A stretch of DNA of 64,000 nucleotides from Paramoeba atlantica (Eukaryota > Protista > Discosea). A program made the translations under genes and the position numbers. Each line of letters starts with the position of its first letter. The stretch's first letter is position 1. Under the pieces are notes generated by a model that saw only the letters and a program-made list of their open reading frames with translations, did not search any database and had not been told where the DNA came from. Positions 35,030 through 46,434 of the stretch are shown piece by piece. The DNA lies in assembly GCA_977017575.1 (NCBI GenBank), contig CDRNVI010000053.1:124001-188000 (forward strand), written 5' to 3'.

Positions 35030-35260
35030 CGTGTAGAGGGGAGAGAGTGCTGGGTAGAAGGTTACTGTGGTTTGGAGCGGGGAGAGAGTGGGGTTGAAAG
35101 TTACTGTCGTGTGGAGGGGAGAGAGAGCGCGGTTGAAGGTTACTGTGATGTGGAGGGGAGAGAGAGCGCGGTTGAAGGTTACTGTGATGTGGAGGGGAGA
35201 GAGAGACTGCCCGTAATCTTCTTCCTCAGAGAACCATGAGGCGGGATAATCTAAAAATAT
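35030..35260. repeat. Dispersed ~40-bp minisatellite (gagagagcgcggttgaaggttactgtgatgtggaggg) with a shared 3' tail
   Basis: A second array at ~49488-49755 carries the same tail (cgtaatcttcttc...gggataatctaaaaatattaaaa). A single unit lies at ~53228-53270. Confidence 0.85.
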
Positions 35261-37998
35261 TAAAAACGGAGCTAACGAAATAGTTTTTAAATCTAAATTG
35301 CATGCAATGAGATTTTAGAGTTAAAGAGTAATTTTTATCTAAATAGTGTGTAATTGGACAACAATATTTTTTTTTCGACACAAATCGGGGAAAAAAATCG
35401 GCGCCGCTTCGCGGCGCCTGTTTTGTCTGACTACAAAATTATGTAGGGGGGTGAATTCACTATCTTTTTCCACAAATGACAAATAAGCAGCAGGGGGGGG
35501 GGACAATTATGTAGGGGGGTACAGTATTTTCAGACCCCTGTTATTCATGATGTTTTGACAATTTTTCTTTTTTAATGGCTTCGCTAAACGCGGATGTAGT
35601 CTACAACGCGAAGTGCGCGGCATGAGTGACTTCTAAGTTGAAAACAACCACCGCGTTGAACGAAGCAGCTGAAAATGATTATTAGCGATTATTAACATAC
35701 CTAATAATTATTATTGACTTCTGCTATGTACTTGACAAGTTTTTATAAAATTCTGTACACTATTGTAAGTCAGCTTGCTCTACGGGATCGCTCACCATAA
35801 TTCTGCAAATTTGCTTTTATTATGGGACTTATATGTAAGATGTTTGTAGGTAATGGAATGAAAGGAATATCTCTCCATGGTACACTTGCCAGGCCAATAA
35901 AAAACAGTTTTATAACGATATGTTTGCTATATCTTATTTCTTGTGTTCGCTATAAAAACTGGAGAATTAAGGGACGGTTAATTACGGAACACTTTGGCAT
36001 TGATGGGGGGCGTCCCTTAACTACCCCCCGCTGATTATTTTTGATAATGATAAATGATAAATTAAATTGACTTATTTATAATAAAATAAATTTGGCGGTC
36101 TACCCCTCTTATTATCATTTATAAAAAAAGAACAGAAATCAGCATTTGGGCGAAAGTACCCGATTTATAGGGGAAAAATGCAATTTTTTCCCCCCAGATT
36201 TGGGGGTATTTTCGGCGTTCGAATTTAAAAATTTGTGACTTTGCTGTTCTAGAGAACGAAATATGTAACAACCAGGGAAAAAATTGATTTCTTATTTATC
36301 AAAAATAGATTTTTTTGATAATTCAATATCAAAATAATAGGGGATAAAAGACAAAAAAGATTCATTTATCAAAATAAATAAGAAAAAATTAATCCCGTAC
36401 CGTACTGTATAACAAAGCCCCGCACTGTACATACAGTTACCCTACTTGCTAAAGTGTGATAAAACTAGAAAAGTAAACTTGCTAGAACTGACGACTGGGC
36501 ACCCACCCGAGAATTTCTCGCAAAACAAAAAGTTCGTTTGCAATGGAGAGTATGCGGTCAATAGCTACAGATACCTGGAGATACTGTATATGGAGATACC
36601 TGAAAATATCTGGAGATATGTGGAGATACCTGGAGATAGTTTTGAAACCGAATTCATTGCATGTCTTTATTCGCGCTTGCCCCGCGTACTCTATAATTAG
36701 TTCATTCATCTTTTCTCTTCGAGGTGGAGTGGGGCATAACCTTCGCATGATCATATTTCGAAAAAGCGGATGCTCAAGAGCTGAGCTTGGGATCCCACAC
36801 TGTGATTTCCAGATGGGGCACCTAGACCGCGAGGAGGTGCCGACCATGCTTCCCCATGCTGAGTGTGTCAGGCTTCAGTGAAGCGTATTTTACATAAACG
36901 GTATCTTTAGCTCGCGAAAAAAATCCCCCAAAAAGGGATTATCTTTTCCCCCCTCCCACATAATGTCCCTAAATGAGCATTCTACATGAGTATTCGAATA
37001 ACCAATTCTTTTGCTCATCTGTTAAGAAAGTTCCGGAGGGCGTTTTGTTAGACGAAGCACTTATCAGATTGCTGAGCAATATCATTTCTCCGATGTCGTG
37101 CGACATAGTAATCTGAAAACGTCGTAAAAAATAAATAGAATTCCTAAAAAAAGAAAAAGAAGAATGTAAGGTGTAAAACCTGAATTTTCCAAAATGTTTT
37201 ACAAATTTTAAACTTACTAATTTTTGCTTTACGAATTATTGTTACACTAATAATTGTGTGCATTGTAAGTGGTCATTAAGTCAGGGGCTGCGAGTTTGAT
37301 CTCGCATGATCCCACGAAAGGGTGTTGAAGAAAAGCCTCTTGCTCTCCCTTCGTCAAATCCTGTCATGAATTTTGAGTTTTTGTGCAAAATCTGTGGCAC
37401 TCTTCTCTAAAAAGTGGTTCACAAGATCAGACCTCATGAGAAATTTAAAAACTAACCAAAAAAATATAAAAATGTTTCTTGCCAAAAATTGACAACTTTT
37501 AGTTAAAACAACAAAATTTTGCGCCATGAATTTTAGCGATAATAATTTAGCGATACTAATTTTTGGCTTGGGTGTAATACAACTTTCTATGCGCTTCAGC
37601 CTCGTAGTTGCCATCAGATTGTCCGGACAATTTTGAAGGCTAGTTTTGACGTTTTTCAAAGGGCGTAATTAGTTCTTGGCATGCAGAGAAAGTTCCGTCT
37701 GCAATTAATTCTTAATTACACTCCTTTACTTCAAATATGGAGATACCTGGAGGTACCTGGAAATATCTGGAGATACCTGGATATAATTTTTCATCGTAGC
37801 AACCTTCTATCTATCCGGACTCTCCGATGTCGTTCATGTGCGAAAGCTGTGATAAACAAAACAATATTAGGAGCAAAAAATACTAAACGTAGTGAAGTGT
37901 TTTAGAATTATTGCAAAGACGGAATCGAAATTACTTACTCAAGCTTAAATGATGTCTTTTTCGTGTGCAACTAAAGTGAGTAAAAAATCAGTAAAAAA

Positions 37999-38100
37999 GG
38001 GGTAACAATCCAGAAGGGCAAGGCCCAGATAGTACAGGCGGCGGTACAGGATAGGTACCACGGCGGGGTTCGCTAGGGGGGTAGGGTTCAGGGGAGGACG
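37999..38100 (+). mobile_element. Severely 5'-truncated CRE-like 3' end
   Basis: GVTIQKGKAQIVQAAVQDRY matches GVAIQKGNFQIVQAAVQDWY at ~52578-52640, including at nucleotide level. Confidence 0.75.
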
Positions 38101-38204
38101 AAAAGAAACATTTAATTTGCCCAGTGGGGGGATCATTATGACACGGTCTGTATTAACGGTTTCTCAATAAAGCTTTTGATGTATTGTATTTAGTTACTAC
38201 TTAT

Positions 38205-39644
38205 ATGAAAATTAAGATTTTGTCTCGGTCGGAGAAGGGATGGACTCGGCAACGTAATTGTGATTCGCGTCGTGTGCATCGAAATCTGGATCCGCGTCAA
38301 ACTCCGATGGCTACAGAGATAGAATACCAGAGGGCTCTGACAGCTGTCAAGCTGGAGCGAATGTTTGCAAAGCCATTCATTGCGTCCTTGCAACACCATG
38401 TTGACTCTATCTCATCGCTTACAATGGATTCGAACCACTTAAGCGTTGTTCTTTCGGGAAGTTGCGATGGTGGTATTAATGTGTGGAATATAGCGCGACG
38501 AAAGCTGGTTCGTTCCATACCCAATGCGCACCGTCACTTTGTTTGCGGGCTAACGAGTACACCAGACAGTACTTGCTTTCTTTCTTGCAGCACTGATAAA
38601 ACGGTGCGACTGTGGAATGGTGCCTTATTCCGCAGCAACGCATGCACGATAGAGAGTGACAACATGGAGTCGCTGGAGACCGACTCCGTTTCTGTAAGTG
38701 CCTCTATTCCGTTCGGAAAAGAACATTCTGTCATGCCCTCATGCGAGTATACGGGCATTGGGCCCTTCTCCTCAATAGATCATTCAGCAATTGATAGCCA
38801 GTTTGTTACCACCGGCTCGCAACTCGAATTGTGGGATATTACTCGTTCGCAGCCCATAAGGTCGTTTCAATGGGGACCAGAACCTGTACTCTCTGCAAAG
38901 TACAACCGTATAGAGCCCCATTTAGTGGCATTTACCTCCGCCGATCGTGGAATATCTGTATATGACATCCGGACTTCCAGTGCTATGAATAAAGTGGTTA
39001 TGGAAATGAAATCTGGTTGCCTTTCATGGAATCCAGTCGAACCCGCCAGTCTTCTGTGCGGCAATCATGACTGGAATGTTTATTTGTTTGACATTCGCAA
39101 TTTTTCAAAGGCTCAGGCTGCTTTTACTTCGCACACAGCTTCAGTTACCGATGTCGATTTCTCACCGACAGGTAAGGAATTTGTATCATGTTCATATGAC
39201 AGGACCCTAAGATTATGGAACTTGGGCGACATGAACTCCCATCAAAGTCGAGACATGTACCACACAAAACGCATGCATAAATGTTGGTCTGTGCGTTGGT
39301 CGTTGGATAACCAGTATATTGTCAGCGGGAGTGAAGATGCTTGCATTCGACTTTGGAAAGCGGATTCATCTGCTTTGATTCGTCCGGTCGGACCAACAGA
39401 AAAACGGAAGTTAAACTATCGTCGAGAGATTAAACGACGTTACCTCCATTTTCCCGAAATTCGGCGAATTGATCGACAACGGCAAATACCAAAATATATT
39501 CGCACGGCTCATCGTGTGAAGAAACAAGTATTAACAAATCGCAGAAAGAAGCAATATCGCATTCAAAAGAATAATCCCGGGCTAGCTGATGAAAACCCCC
39601 AGCAATCTATGCGCGAATCAAAAATCGTAACAATCAAAGAGTGA
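38205..39644 (+). CDS. DCAF13: DCAF13/WDSOF1/Sof1 (SSU processome WD40 protein)
   Basis: MKIKILSRS...RNLDP...EYQRALTAVKLERMFAKPF, WD40 repeats, YHTKRMHKC, SGSEDACIRLWKA and a Sof1-like C-terminus. Confidence 0.95.
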   Translation: MKIKILSRSEKGWTRQRNCDSRRVHRNLDPRQTPMATEIEYQRALTAVKLERMFAKPFIASLQHHVDSISSLTMDSNHLSVVLSGSCDGGINVWNIARRKLVRSIPNAHRHFVCGLTSTPDSTCFLSCSTDKTVRLWNGALFRSNACTIESDNMESLETDSVSVSASIPFGKEHSVMPSCEYTGIGPFSSIDHSAIDSQFVTTGSQLELWDITRSQPIRSFQWGPEPVLSAKYNRIEPHLVAFTSADRGISVYDIRTSSAMNKVVMEMKSGCLSWNPVEPASLLCGNHDWNVYLFDIRNFSKAQAAFTSHTASVTDVDFSPTGKEFVSCSYDRTLRLWNLGDMNSHQSRDMYHTKRMHKCWSVRWSLDNQYIVSGSEDACIRLWKADSSALIRPVGPTEKRKLNYRREIKRRYLHFPEIRRIDRQRQIPKYIRTAHRVKKQVLTNRRKKQYRIQKNNPGLADENPQQSMRESKIVTIKE

Positions 39645-39658
39645 GCAATATACTTCAC

Positions 39659-39659
<1 letters not shown>

Positions 39660-39693
<34 letters not shown>
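39660..39693. repeat. (GA)n microsatellite
   Basis: Direct read just downstream of the DCAF13 stop. Confidence 0.9.
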
Positions 39694-39697
<4 letters not shown>

Positions 39698-41086
39698 TAC
39701 AGGATTGGCAGGCCGTTGGGGCGTACGCTAGCTGGGCGGGGAGGGAAACTTCCTTAACAATAGACGCTGCATTCCAGTGACATTAACGATTTTTACAGTT
39801 CAGTAAGTGTTGCATTTCGGTACTTATAATCTAGTTAAAAACTAATCCTATAAGCTTCGTTTTCATATTGCACGCATGTTATACGCTCTATTCGTTAGGA
39901 TTAGTAAGAAATTGAACGCGAGCACCAATACTCGCACAACAGTTGAATCAACTGGGAGTCAAAAATTCCGCTTTTATTTCAAACGAAAAATGCATTTCTT
40001 TTGCCAAAGTTGTTTTCTTTGGACCCCTCGTTGCATTACCTCCGACAATTCTTTTTAAGATATTCTGAGTTATCCCGAATATGGTGTCACGAACTAAATA
40101 ATGGTGTCACGGGGTTTGTTCGGAGGTAAACCAGGTGGCCAAACAGTGAAAATATAAAGGAGAACACAATAATATACCGGTGAAACTTTAATTAAGAATA
40201 ACATTAATTAACGTAATTTCTGACGAGAAAAAAATGTTTACGTTAATTAATTTCTGTTTTAGGCTCTTCGTTAAACGCGGTGATTGCTTTCAACTTAGAA
40301 GTCACTCATGCTGCGCGCTACGCGTTGAAAACTACCTCCGCGTTTAACGAAGAGCCTAATAAAGAAAATTCGGCCTGGAAAGCTGAAGAAAAAGGAAAGA
40401 TTATAGCCAAACATAGCCGATTTTCGGATTCAAAATGGGGTGATTTTTGCCTATTTTTGCTCTCAGAGCACTAAATCCGACATTTGCGTGCGGGAAATCA
40501 CTCGTATGACAGGTTCGAAAATTCCGAAATTTTTGGAGTGACCCCCAAAGAAAAGGTAAAAGCACTTTTTCAAAAATGGACTCCTAAAACGTATTTTAAT
40601 AGTTTGAGACCTCAGCTACCATTCTACGACGTTTTTTTCGACAGATTCGCCTCCTACCCCTACTGGAACGGTATCAAAAACGGCCGAAATTTGGGGTAAA
40701 ATTTCGCTATCTTTACCGAAAAATCGAGCTTTTTCACACAAAAAAACTTGTGGGATAAAACTCACGCAAATGTCGCCAAAAAAGAACATTGTTTTTTCTA
40801 AAAAAGTTTGTCCAAAAAACTTATTCTTGTTTTTAAGCACGTACAACGCGACCTGGAAACGAGTATTTGGGCGCTGTATTGGTTTGGATGAGTACTCATC
40901 GAAACGAATTTTTAGTTTTGCGAAAAAATGTACTCATCGAAACGACGGTTAAATTAAAGTAAAATTTGTATTTTTCAAAATTTTCAATTTTTTTAATGTT
41001 TTAAGTCGAGAAAAACAACTTTCTCATTCTAGCTTCCAACTTAAATACGTACACAAGACTTACAAATGAATACAACGACAATGGTC

Positions 41087-41650
41087 TTACAGATTCTCTA
41101 AGATGCACAGCATCACACCGCCGCCATTGCATCGTAGACTGCCGTTTTCAGCATTGGCTTGCACACGATCTGCCCTTCTGCTCACTTTTCTTCCTAACAC
41201 ATTTTCTTCTCGTTTCAGGCGCTTTTTCGCAACAGAATTCGCACACTCTACAGTGTTCGTGTGAACACCATCTGCCGTGACCCATTGACGGCAGTGGTTT
41301 ACACTTTTCCACTTATAACGTTCACCATGGCGGATGTTGTGTCGCGCCCCATCGGTCCAAATTCTAGCCCCCCCCCGCACGCCAGATCTTCAAAGCGAGG
41401 ACTCAGAGTGCTCGCCTTGCGATCAGGTATTACTTCCATGAATATTTGAGATAATTTGTTCGTTCGAGTAGTCACAGCAATTGTCTGTGCAACTTCTGTA
41501 CCATCATCTCGCACACGTTTTGCACCGTGGGAACCTCGGTGACGTTTCCGCACAGAAAAAAACGTCTCATCACATTGCATGGAATCCACACTGCCTCGAT
41601 TCCTCGATACGCCGGCGAACATGAGCTGAGCATCATACCATCCATTCATT
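41087..41650 (-). pseudogene. Merlin/IS1595-family DDE transposase, 5'-truncated and frameshifted
   Basis: QCDETFFSVRKRHRG...VIPDRKASTL / VRGGARIWTDG...VNH...ADGVHTNTVE...KKRLK. The frameshift is at or next to a 9-nt C/G run near 41370. Confidence 0.85.
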
Positions 41651-41966
41651 GCCTTAGGGATACTCTGCTCACTTAGGGATACTCTGCTTACTAAGAGTAG
41701 TAAAATATCAAGTATTATTGATTGCGGTGGTTGGAAAACTACCGCTCTACACTCGATTATTGAAAAAAAAGTGAACAAAAACAGTGAAAATATAAAGGGG
41801 AACACAGTAATATAATAGAAGAGGAAGAAAATTTTAACGAAAAATATCCGAGGCGCTCCCAGGCGCTCCCAGGCGCTCCCACCCAGAGTCACCCCTCTTA
41901 GTACACCTCCACTTCGCGCCAGTGACGTGCATAGTGTACGGCGCCTTGTGCGCTGACTTGTAACAT

Positions 41967-43501
41967 ACAGGGGGGGGGCACGAAAATTGCTACACCTGCC
42001 AATTTTGGCCTATGCGACCGTTTCGGCTAATTTTTGTTGCATTTTGCAGATCTCAGTGTTAATATCGTGTTGAAACCATTCTGAGTACAAGAGTAGACGG
42101 GGTAGGGTGATTTCTTTGACTCCGAAAACAAGAATTTTATAGTTTTTGCAAATCCTTTTGGCTGCCAAAAAATGTCATATTTAACATTCAGTAGTCAATG
42201 GAGCCACCATTTTTGTCCCGCAGCTCTTGTAATCGAGTTGGGAGGCTGTTTAAAGTATTCAATACTGATTCCCAGCCCTCCTTCAATAGATGATCCTTCG
42301 CCTTAACAATGGCGATCTTTAGCTCAGACCGATTTTTGGGACGAAGGTGCACGTGGATGTAATCATCCATGATTTCCCACAAATTTTCGATTAAGTCCGG
42401 AGACTTTGCCGGCCAATCAATAATGTTTATTTTCCCACTGACCCGAACAGAACGAGATGTTCTGTGACCTGTTGCATTGTCCAGCACGACAATAGCACCA
42501 GGTTTACGGTGAACCCAAGAAAAAAAGCCATGAGGCTTCTTCATCGTTTCTAAGAAAGTAACGTTGGTCACCGTTTCGTTTTCATTGAACACATGAAAAC
42601 ATTCAGGGGGTATTTTCCACTTCATGCTCACTCCCATCCATACATGGACTCCTTTCCCACCATACCATTTATCCATTTGTGGAGGAGCCTCAAGGGGGGG
42701 TCCTCGCGCTTGGCAAGGTAAGTTCTTTTTTTTCCATGGAGGGAGCATCTGAATATTTTTTCGTCCGTCCAAATAATTTGGGACGTTTGACTGCCATTCA
42801 GTCCTTCAAGGTAATCGGCCAACTTTAAACAATTTTCTTTGTGCTGTGGAGTTAGTATTGGTTTGCGGCTGAATACTTTAGTAATGTATCCCATACTTTT
42901 TAAAATCTTTCTTACAGTCTTCAAGCTACACGGCAATACATTTTTTTCAATAGTTCGGAACACCCATTTAAACCCCGGGCAACCAAATGTCTCCGTGTTC
43001 TTTTCGTCCACGAGGCCAGCAAGCATCTGTCGAGACTCGTCAGTATCACAGGTGTTTTCGCGCGTGTACTTCTTTCGCTCTACATCACCCGTTTCTTCAA
43101 AACGCTTAATGTAGCGCGATACAGAAGTGTGTGAACAGTTCATCATTTGAGCTGTCTCGCGCAAAGAGGCCCCTTGGTCCACCTCGTGAGCGCAAACCAC
43201 CCTAGTGGCATAAGATGTTTGCTCCGGCGAAAGCTGGCGACGATTTAGACGGGATCTTTTCCCCATTTTCGACAAAAAACAGATCAAAAAGACAAAAAAG
43301 GGACTTTTTCTTGTATTTTTGCATTTTTTGGGGGTGAATTTTTTGTATTTTTTGTACCAAAATTATTTTTTTCGGAAAATCGAAAATTTGTTGGTTTCAA
43401 CACGATATTAACACTGAGATCTGCAAAATGCAACAAAAATTAACCAAAACGGGCGCATAGGCCAAAATTGGCAGGTGAAACAGTTTTCGTGCCCCCTCCT
43501 G
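41967..43501 (-). mobile_element. Tc1/mariner DNA transposon, 1535 bp, ~110-bp TIRs, TA TSD; frameshifted transposase 43287->42188
   Basis: TA|CAGGGGGGGGGCACGAAAA ... TTTTCGTGCCCCCTCCTG|TA. HTH region, IIWTDEK, VLDNATGH, WPAKSPDLIENLW. Confidence 0.93.
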
Positions 43502-43804
43502 TATAACCTTCTGCACCACCAAATTGTGATTCCTTAACCACTCCCTACATTTTGATTCGCTCCAGAGAGAAACTTTGCTTAATGTAAGATTTGCTCGGCA
43601 AGAGAAATCACTACATCCTTTACAGGGCATGTGATGAAGAATATTAAAAGTCGGAATTTAAGAAAAAGTCGGAAAAATAAACGAAAAATGAAAATACGTA
43701 TTATTATGAAAAAAAAGCACAAACTTTGTTTTTGGGGAGTTTTTTTTGTCTTTTTCAAAAATGCGAATTTTGCTCTAATTTCACCGAAACGACCGTAGAG
43801 ATCC

Positions 43805-44760
43805 TTTCGATGAGTAGTCATTCAAACTACCATTATCTCCTAGGGGGTTGTGGTAGTTTCAATGAGTACTCATCCAAACTACTATCACCGCCCTCCGACG
43901 AAAATGGAAGTACTCATCGAAATCGCGTTGTAATGGTAGTTTGGATGAGTACTCATCGAAACGACCTCTACACGTGGTACTTTGGATGAGTACTCATCGC
44001 AACGACCTCTGCACATGGTACTTTGGATGAGTACTCATTGAAACGACCTCTGCGCATGGTACTTTGGATGAGTACTTTTCACTCTATTAGTTTACATGTC
44101 TGGAGGGTTGTGTATTTTTTTCCTATATTGCATCACCTAGTTTACCTGTCTGGAGGCAAAGCCCAACTGTGAGCGAAGCCCACGTCTAGAGGCAGAAGCC
44201 CCCGTTTGCGAGCAAGGCCCAACTGTGAGCGTAGCCCTGGGACAGAATTAACTTTTTTTGCGACCCGCGCGCTCCAGCGCGGAAGTCTGCCACTCCCGCA
44301 GGATTGCGTATTTTTGTCCTATATTGCATCACCTAGTTTACCTGTCTGGAGGCAAAGCCCAAGAAGATTCAGTTTCTGTATTTCTCAGCACCCTACTCGT
44401 TTCGCAGAAAATGAATGCTGACTACGGATCCGCCACGGAAGAAAATACTCATCCAAAGTACCATGTGCAGAGGTCGTTTCAATGAGTACTCATCCAAAGT
44501 ACCATGTGCAGAGGTCGTTTCAATGAGTACTCATCCAAAGTACCATGTAAAGAGGTCGTTGCGATGAGTACTCGTCCAAACTACCATGTGAAGAGGTCGT
44601 TTCGATGAGTACTCATCCAAACTACCATTACAACGCGATTTCGATGAGTACTTCCATTTTCGTCGGAGGGCGGTGATAGTAGTTTGGATGAGTACTCATC
44701 GAAACTACCACAACCGCCTAGGAGGTAATAGTAGTTTGGATGAGTACTCATCGGAACTAC
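43805..44760. repeat. Foldback structure: two inverted ~270-310-bp arrays of GATGAGTACTCATC palindromic units
   Basis: 43805-44076 is the reverse complement of ~44445-44760. The inner units are 41 bp. Related motifs occur at 40880-40950. Confidence 0.88.
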
Positions 44761-45240
44761 CACGATCCCAGTAATTGGCAACAATACACTCGTATATTAT
44801 TACAGTAATATGGTATATGGACTGCGAGGGGTGCGCAACTTTTCTTTGTTTGGTTGAAATAGTATCCATTGCCGACATTACGGACGAAAACGACCGAAAT
44901 TGGATCACTCTTCACTAATTTGGAACTGTTGCACCATTTTTAAAATTGGAGAAACACGCGGTTTATATAGAATTAATGTACAGAAACAGAATTCATCATA
45001 AAAAAGGGGCGGAAAAAAGTTCAGATAAACTTCTTTTACCAGAAATGAGAAAATTGCGAATATTGGTTCAGTTTTACCGAATTTTGACTCCCGAATAATT
45101 TCGTGCCACCCCCTGTATGCACATGTGTATTTCTATTAGGTGCATATTTTTGTATGTACCTGCTTTTTTGATCCATCGTATGTATACTCCTGTACGCTTT
45201 CTCATACTCTAACTGTAAACGAAACTACAAAACATTAGCT

Positions 45241-46434
45241 ATGACACGCAGAAACGTCATAGGAATGAGAGAATTTCAAGGCTTTCTGCGACCTGCTGTT
45301 CGAAATCTGTATGCCTACAATGTACGCCATGATTCCGCAACGTGCTCTCTTGATCCCGCGCTAGATAAACAAGCAAGCAATAAAATTGAGAAAGAGAAAT
45401 CCCCTGCTGCAGAAACGTCGTTTTTAGCAAACACACATGACAGAGTTAACGTGCCTCATCGTGAATTTATGTGCGTTTCAGATATTCACGTTGTAGAATA
45501 CATCAAACACTTACAACGAATCAGCCCTCATCGTCCCCCTGTTTCAGACAAAGGCAGCATTACAAGTGAGAAACTGGTTTCTGGTCTAAAAGGCCTTTCA
45601 AACACAAAGGAGAAAGACGACCTTGCTCCCTTACAAGAGATTCTACCAGGAGTTGTTGAAGGGTTGGAGACGAGTTATCGTTTTCAGGAGCGCGTTATAA
45701 TACTACAGAAGCAGCGTGGGGTGGAGGTTGCTGCTTGGAGAACCTCAGCCGTAACTCGCATCAATCAGAAGCAATGGGATGTAAACGAACCGCTTCATGC
45801 ACCCGTGTTTGCAACCTGTGCCTACAAGGAAGGTGACGACATGTCTATCGGACAACATCGCATACAAACTTGTGAATTGGCATTTGCTTTTCGTATTGCG
45901 AAACGTATAGATTTAGATTTCCTATTTAAAAGTGATTCGGAGCCGAAAGTAGCAGAAAGGGGCGTACGGAGGTCGAAAGTAGATTCTTTTCCGAAAGTAC
46001 AAACTTCTATACTTTTGGATCACGTAGACTATTTTTATCCGGCTCTGGATTTCTCCGGAACTCGTTTTCCTCACCGAGCACCGCATGGAGTTGCCTTCGT
46101 CGCGGATATGAGTGGCGTCGCCGCAGTGGCTCTGGGCCTTGCAGTGCCTGCTGAAAAATGGAAGGATCATGACATGTCAACCTACCCCTGCGTTCTGTTT
46201 CTTGAAGATGAGCCCATTCAGACAGGAAGGGGGGACAACGTACTTGGAAATCCACTTAACAGCATTTTACATCTGGCAACAAATTTTTATTATATGCGGG
46301 ATAAGCGCTATCTAGAACCAGGTAACGTTGTACTGACAGGCGGGTGCGGACAGCAGGCTAACATCATTCGTACGGGGAAGCTTACAGCACACTTCGGGCC
46401 TTTAGGTAAAGTAAGTGTCACAATGGTGCCGTAA
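45241..46434 (+). CDS. FAH-superfamily, MhpD/2-keto-4-pentenoate hydratase-like protein
   Basis: CELAFAFRI, YPALDFSGTRF, VADMSG, GRGDNVLGNPLNSILHLA, LEPGNVVLTGG and AHFGPLGKVSV follow the MhpD pattern. The N-terminal extension is basic. Confidence 0.75.
   Translation: MTRRNVIGMREFQGFLRPAVRNLYAYNVRHDSATCSLDPALDKQASNKIEKEKSPAAETSFLANTHDRVNVPHREFMCVSDIHVVEYIKHLQRISPHRPPVSDKGSITSEKLVSGLKGLSNTKEKDDLAPLQEILPGVVEGLETSYRFQERVIILQKQRGVEVAAWRTSAVTRINQKQWDVNEPLHAPVFATCAYKEGDDMSIGQHRIQTCELAFAFRIAKRIDLDFLFKSDSEPKVAERGVRRSKVDSFPKVQTSILLDHVDYFYPALDFSGTRFPHRAPHGVAFVADMSGVAAVALGLAVPAEKWKDHDMSTYPCVLFLEDEPIQTGRGDNVLGNPLNSILHLATNFYYMRDKRYLEPGNVVLTGGCGQQANIIRTGKLTAHFGPLGKVSVTMVP

Noticed and set aside
39655-39670. 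U6 snRNA ACAGAGAAG box
   Set aside because: It runs straight into a (GA)n microsatellite with no other U6 sequence.
44368-44385. Spliced-leader exon fragment (cagtttctgta)
   Set aside because: Only 11 nt match, with no AACTAA start, splice donor context or Sm site.
43805-44760. CRISPR array (palindromic repeats with variable spacers)
   Set aside because: Eukaryotic context and no cas genes. The spacers are short or tandemly identical and are mirrored in an inverted arm, which fits TE termini.
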